Shown here piece after piece: positions 60,858-64,000 of a DNA stretch of 64,000 nt. The notes beneath the pieces are model-generated. The model was not told the origin of the DNA. It saw only the letters and a program-made list of their open reading frames with translations, and searched no databases. This DNA comes from Deltaproteobacteria bacterium (GTDB lineage: Bacteria; Myxococcota_A; UBA9160; SMWR01). Location: assembly GCA_032128115.1 (NCBI GenBank), contig JAQBHB010000022.1, positions 13,830 through 77,829 of the forward strand. The letters are read 5' to 3'. The position numbers were made by a program, and so were the translations under genes. Each line of letters starts with the position of its first letter. Positions within the stretch are counted from its first letter, which is position 1.

Positions 60858-61685
60858 GTGACGTCTGCACCCCTGCCGGACGACGACGCCGAACTGCTCG
60901 CCCTGGCCGGGATCGGGGATCCGCCCGCGCCCGAGGCGGGATTGTTTCGCGAGGGCTCCTGGCTGCGTCGGGTGAGCGGCGAGCCCGTGTTGTTGTTCGG
61001 CGGCGGTCGCGCCCTGTTGTTGGAGATTGCTCACCCCCTGGTGGCCGCCGGTGTGGCCGGGCATTCGAACTTTCGCGCCGATCCCTTCGGGCGCCTGCAG
61101 CGGACTCTCGACGCCATGTCGGCCATTGCGTTTCGCGACCGGAATTCGGCCCTGACCGCGGCGCGCAGCGTCGAGGCAGCCCACGTGCGGGTGCAGGGCC
61201 GGCTGGCTCACGCGGCCGGACCCTTTGTGGCGGGCACTGCCTACCACGGTCGCGACCCCGACCTCATGTGCTGGGTGTGGGCCACGTTGGTGGATACTGC
61301 GGTCGTCGTGTACGAGCGCTTCGTCGCGACGCTTACGCCATTGGCCCGCGAAGCCTACTATCGCGACCAGTCCGCCATGGCGCGCGTTCTGGGGGTGCCG
61401 GCCGACCGGGTGCCCGCCGATTGGACGGCTTTCCGCGCGTATTTCGACGCGCTGCTCGACAGCGACGTCCTGACGGTGACGCCCGACGCGCGCGACATCG
61501 CAGAGGCGGTGCTGCACCCGCCCGGGGCCGCGCAGGCTGGAGGCCTGGTGCGCACCATCACCGCTGGCCTGCTGCCGCCCCGGCTGCGCCAGGCCTTCGG
61601 CCTCGACTGGGGCCCACGTCGCGAGGCCCGGCTTGCGGCCCTGACGGAGTCCGTCCGCGGTCTGCGCACGCGGGGCCGTGAGTGA
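60858..61685 (+). CDS. MpaB/DUF2236 oxygenase-like protein
   Basis: GGGRALLLEIAHPLVAAGV, RLQRT, AH, WVWATL, GLLPP. Confidence 0.88.
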   Translation: MTSAPLPDDDAELLALAGIGDPPAPEAGLFREGSWLRRVSGEPVLLFGGGRALLLEIAHPLVAAGVAGHSNFRADPFGRLQRTLDAMSAIAFRDRNSALTAARSVEAAHVRVQGRLAHAAGPFVAGTAYHGRDPDLMCWVWATLVDTAVVVYERFVATLTPLAREAYYRDQSAMARVLGVPADRVPADWTAFRAYFDALLDSDVLTVTPDARDIAEAVLHPPGAAQAGGLVRTITAGLLPPRLRQAFGLDWGPRREARLAALTESVRGLRTRGRE

Positions 61686-61775
61686 ACGCGAACCCGGACG
61701 CGCCCATTGGCGCCAGCGCCGGGTGCCGCTAGATTCCGGCCTCCCCGCATTGGAGCGCAGTGGAGGGTGGGTGCG

Positions 61776-61904
61776 ATGGACGAAGAACCCAAGGGCAAGC
61801 TCGATGGCGTTGCCTACCTCTACATTGTCGGCGGGGTTCCCGCGATCGTGGGCTTCCTGGTGGTCCTCTTCGCCCTGGCCCGCTCCTGTAACATCCCGGC
61901 CTGA
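61776..61904 (+). CDS. 42-aa single-TM small membrane protein
   Basis: SD GGAGGG 61762-61767, MDEEPKGKLDGVAYLYIVGGVPAIVGFLVVLFALARSCNIPA, GC-rich third positions. Confidence 0.65.
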   Translation: MDEEPKGKLDGVAYLYIVGGVPAIVGFLVVLFALARSCNIPA

Positions 61905-62053
61905 TCGGCCTCGGGGCGTTTTCTCGCCTGCCGCCGGAGCGCGGGCTCGTGCGCCGGCAGCCGATCTCCCCGGAGCCTCGCAGTCGCAGTAGATTCACGA
62001 TTCCCGCTGGAATTCCGGAGTGTTGAAGCCCCGGATCGAAGCGGGTTCTGAGG

Positions 62054-62080
62054 TCAAGCTGGCCCCGTAAGCTGCCGATG
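62054..62080 (+). promoter_or_regulatory. Sigma28-like promoter upstream of BTLCP gene
   Basis: TCAAG-N15-GCCGATG, 10 nt before the ATG. Confidence 0.55.
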
Positions 62081-62090
62081 CTCCCCGTGG

Positions 62091-62795
62091 ATGGGCATCT
62101 CGACTCGCACGATTGCAGGTACCACCGTCCTCCTGGCCTTCTGCGTCGGGTTCGGCTGCAGTGGTTCGTTCCGCAACCCGGCCCTGTATCGCTATTTCAC
62201 GGCCCCGTCTCCAGACGATGCCTGGAGCCGCAAGATCCAGCTCTGGCAGGTGCGGGAGAAGGGCGCCGACGCGGCAGGCACGCCGGCCAGCGTTGCCGGC
62301 TCCGGCTCACCGGCCGCCGAGGCGTCCGACCCGGCCGCCGCCGCCAGCCTCAAGGTGAAGTACGACTCCTATCGCAGCGAGCGCAAGCGCAGCATCGCCC
62401 GCGAGTTCGCCGCCTGGCTCCAGGTCCAGGCTCGCAACCACTACGTGCCCGATGGCCCCGTGGATCACTGGGCCACGCTGGAGGAGACCTTCCGCGCCAA
62501 CGGCGAGGACTGCGACGGCCTCGAACTGCTGACCTTCCACTTCCTGCTGGATCTGGGCTTTCGCGATGACGAGGTCTATCGCGCCATCGTCTACCGGCGC
62601 TCGGATGGCCAGCACCACATGGTGACGCTCTGGTTCGAGAACCCGGACGATCCCTGGGTGATCGACCCCACCGGCGCCATGACCAGCGGCATGCCCCGCA
62701 TGTCGAGCCTGCCCGACTGGGTCCCGCTCAAGGTCTTCACCGAAGACCTGGACTTCACGGTCCTGCCCCAGACCGCGCAGCGCTCGTCCAACTAG
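62091..62795 (+). CDS. Transglutaminase-like cysteine peptidase (BTLCP/LapG-like), probable lipoprotein
   Basis: DHWAT...GEDCDG (Cys), HHMV (His), WVIDP (Asp); lipobox-like FGC. Confidence 0.78.
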   Translation: MGISTRTIAGTTVLLAFCVGFGCSGSFRNPALYRYFTAPSPDDAWSRKIQLWQVREKGADAAGTPASVAGSGSPAAEASDPAAAASLKVKYDSYRSERKRSIAREFAAWLQVQARNHYVPDGPVDHWATLEETFRANGEDCDGLELLTFHFLLDLGFRDDEVYRAIVYRRSDGQHHMVTLWFENPDDPWVIDPTGAMTSGMPRMSSLPDWVPLKVFTEDLDFTVLPQTAQRSSN

Positions 62796-62851
62796 AACCC
62801 CGATCCCCGCCCGCGTAGTATGGTGTCTCCGCCCACCCATCCGGAGACGTC

Positions 62852-63853
62852 ATGGCCATCGAAGGTTCACTGCGACTCGATCCCGAGGACGAGTACACCC
62901 ACGAGAACACGGGGGAGTCGAACTTCAACGAGAGCATGTACTTCAACTTCTTCGATGCGGTTCGCAAGCTCGGAGGCTTTCTGCGCGTGGGCAATCGTCC
63001 CAACGAGCGCTACGCCGAGACCACCGTCTGCATCTACCGGCCCGATGGAAGCGTGCTCTTCAACTTCAAGCGGCCCGAGATCGAGAGCAACGAGCGCTTC
63101 GAGGCGGGCGGCACGCGCTTCCAGGTGGAGCAGCCCTTCGAGAAGCTCCACATCGCGTATTCGGGCAAGGCCTGCTGTCTGAAGGATCCCCTGGCCATGA
63201 TCGACCCGCGCCAGGCCTTCCAGTCGAACCCGTTCAGCAGCGTGGAGATCGATCTGGCGATCGAGGGGGTGGGTCCCATGTTCGGTGGCGAGCGCCGGGG
63301 GAAGCCGACTCGGCAGGAGATGGAATTCGCTCGCGGACACTACGAGCAGCACCACCGGGCCACGGGTCGCATCGAGATCGAGGGCCAGGCCGTGACCTTC
63401 GATGGGCTCGGCCTGCGCGATCACTCCTGGGGGCCGCGCAGCTGGCAGGCCCCGCGCTACTACCGCTGGCTCACGGGAAACTTCGCTGCCGACTTCGGCT
63501 TCATGGCCAGCTGGATCGCCACTCCCGAGGGCGAGATCTGGAAGGGCGGGTTCGTCTACCGCGGGAGCCGCGTGTCCCGGGTGAACGCCCTCGATCTCGA
63601 CACGGAGTGGACCGGCCCGGAGCGCTACCACGATCGCATCCAGGCCCGCCTCGTGTGCGACGACGGCGAGATCCTCGAGATCGGGGGGCGCGTGCTCTCC
63701 CTGATTCCCCTGCGCAACCGACGCGCTGGCCAGACGACGCGCATCAGCGAGGGCATGACCGAATGGACCTGCCAGGACCGAAAGGGCTACGGCCTCTCGG
63801 AATACCTGGATCAGGTCCAAGAGCGGGGACTCCAAGAGCGGGGACGGGGTTGA
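62852..63853 (+). CDS. Beta-rich hypothetical protein (DUF7064/tocopherol-cyclase-like)
   Basis: NESMYFNFFD, GHYEQ, RDHSWGPR, GYGLSEYL. Confidence 0.7.
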   Translation: MAIEGSLRLDPEDEYTHENTGESNFNESMYFNFFDAVRKLGGFLRVGNRPNERYAETTVCIYRPDGSVLFNFKRPEIESNERFEAGGTRFQVEQPFEKLHIAYSGKACCLKDPLAMIDPRQAFQSNPFSSVEIDLAIEGVGPMFGGERRGKPTRQEMEFARGHYEQHHRATGRIEIEGQAVTFDGLGLRDHSWGPRSWQAPRYYRWLTGNFAADFGFMASWIATPEGEIWKGGFVYRGSRVSRVNALDLDTEWTGPERYHDRIQARLVCDDGEILEIGGRVLSLIPLRNRRAGQTTRISEGMTEWTCQDRKGYGLSEYLDQVQERGLQERGRG

Positions 63854-63968
63854 CTATTGACTTTTTCAGAGAGGCGAAGCCAGTGCCAACGCGGGAGCGA
63901 AAAATTCAATAGTCAACCCCGTCCCCGCCTAGTCCCCGCCTAGTCCGTCCCCGCCTAGTCCCCGCCTA
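63816..63968. repeat. REP/MITE-like palindromic element with terminal micro-duplications
   Basis: Perfect 23-bp IR at 63838-63860 and 63906-63928, flanked by tccaagagcggggac x2 and ctagtccccgc-type x3. Confidence 0.8.
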
Positions 63969-64000
63969 TTCCGGGTCGACGCCGAGTTCCAGATCCTTGC
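63966..64000 (-). CDS. 3' end of a CDS entering from the right edge (...KDLELGVDPE*)
   Basis: Short open minus frame ending TAG at 63966-63968. Confidence 0.4.
   Translation of the reverse strand, partial: KDLELGVDPE

Noticed and set aside
63921..63968. gtccccgc repeats as CRISPR repeats
   Set aside because: Units of 11-15 bp with no unique spacers; better explained as reiterated element ends
1..64000. tRNA, rRNA, prophage, integrase, transposase or defence genes
   Set aside because: None recognised by eye; small structured RNAs cannot be excluded without covariance searches

Overview
High-GC bacterial chromosomal window with tightly packed genes. Gene content (PilT paralogue, sigma54-type promoter, fused IOR, Nma111-like protease, many GT-C/sulfatase-like genes) suggests Myxococcota or a related deltaproteobacterial lineage; this is inference only. 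Bases 1-25,336 form a cell-envelope glycosylation/decoration locus: five GT-C-type membrane glycosyltransferases (two tandem GT-C+TPR paralogues, one YfhO fused to a sulfatase-like domain), a DPM1-like GT2 fused to a methyltransferase, a GMC oxidoreductase fused to an extended SDR, a second SDR, an acyltransferase-3, a 2OG-Fe(II) oxygenase, a membrane spermidine-synthase-like protein and three alkaline-phosphatase-superfamily domains without the formylglycine motif. The rest is mostly housekeeping or metabolic: ALS-like ThDP enzyme, hppA, APC permease, lipA-aminotransferase-hom-thrC-ribE, Nma111/DEG7-type protease, IOR, GST-like, PP2C, nitronate monooxygenase, mgtE, GH38, OM beta-barrel, khpA, acyl-CoA ligase, bS22, histone-like protein, rpoZ, His-less kinase, pilT paralogue, AmpG-like MFS, MpaB/DUF2236 and a BTLCP peptidase. 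I recognised no rRNA, tRNA, CRISPR array, transposase or integrase. Most notable: the glyco-decoration locus, a eukaryote-type Nma111/DEG7 protease, seven upstream copies of a sigma28-like motif, a His-to-Arg pseudokinase coupled to pilT, an inverted groES 3' remnant with a 21-bp triplication, a K-to-N change in a conserved HppA motif, and a REP/MITE-like palindrome at the right end. All calls come from reading motifs by eye; no searches were run, and several starts were moved from the ORF track using SD, overlap or promoter evidence.
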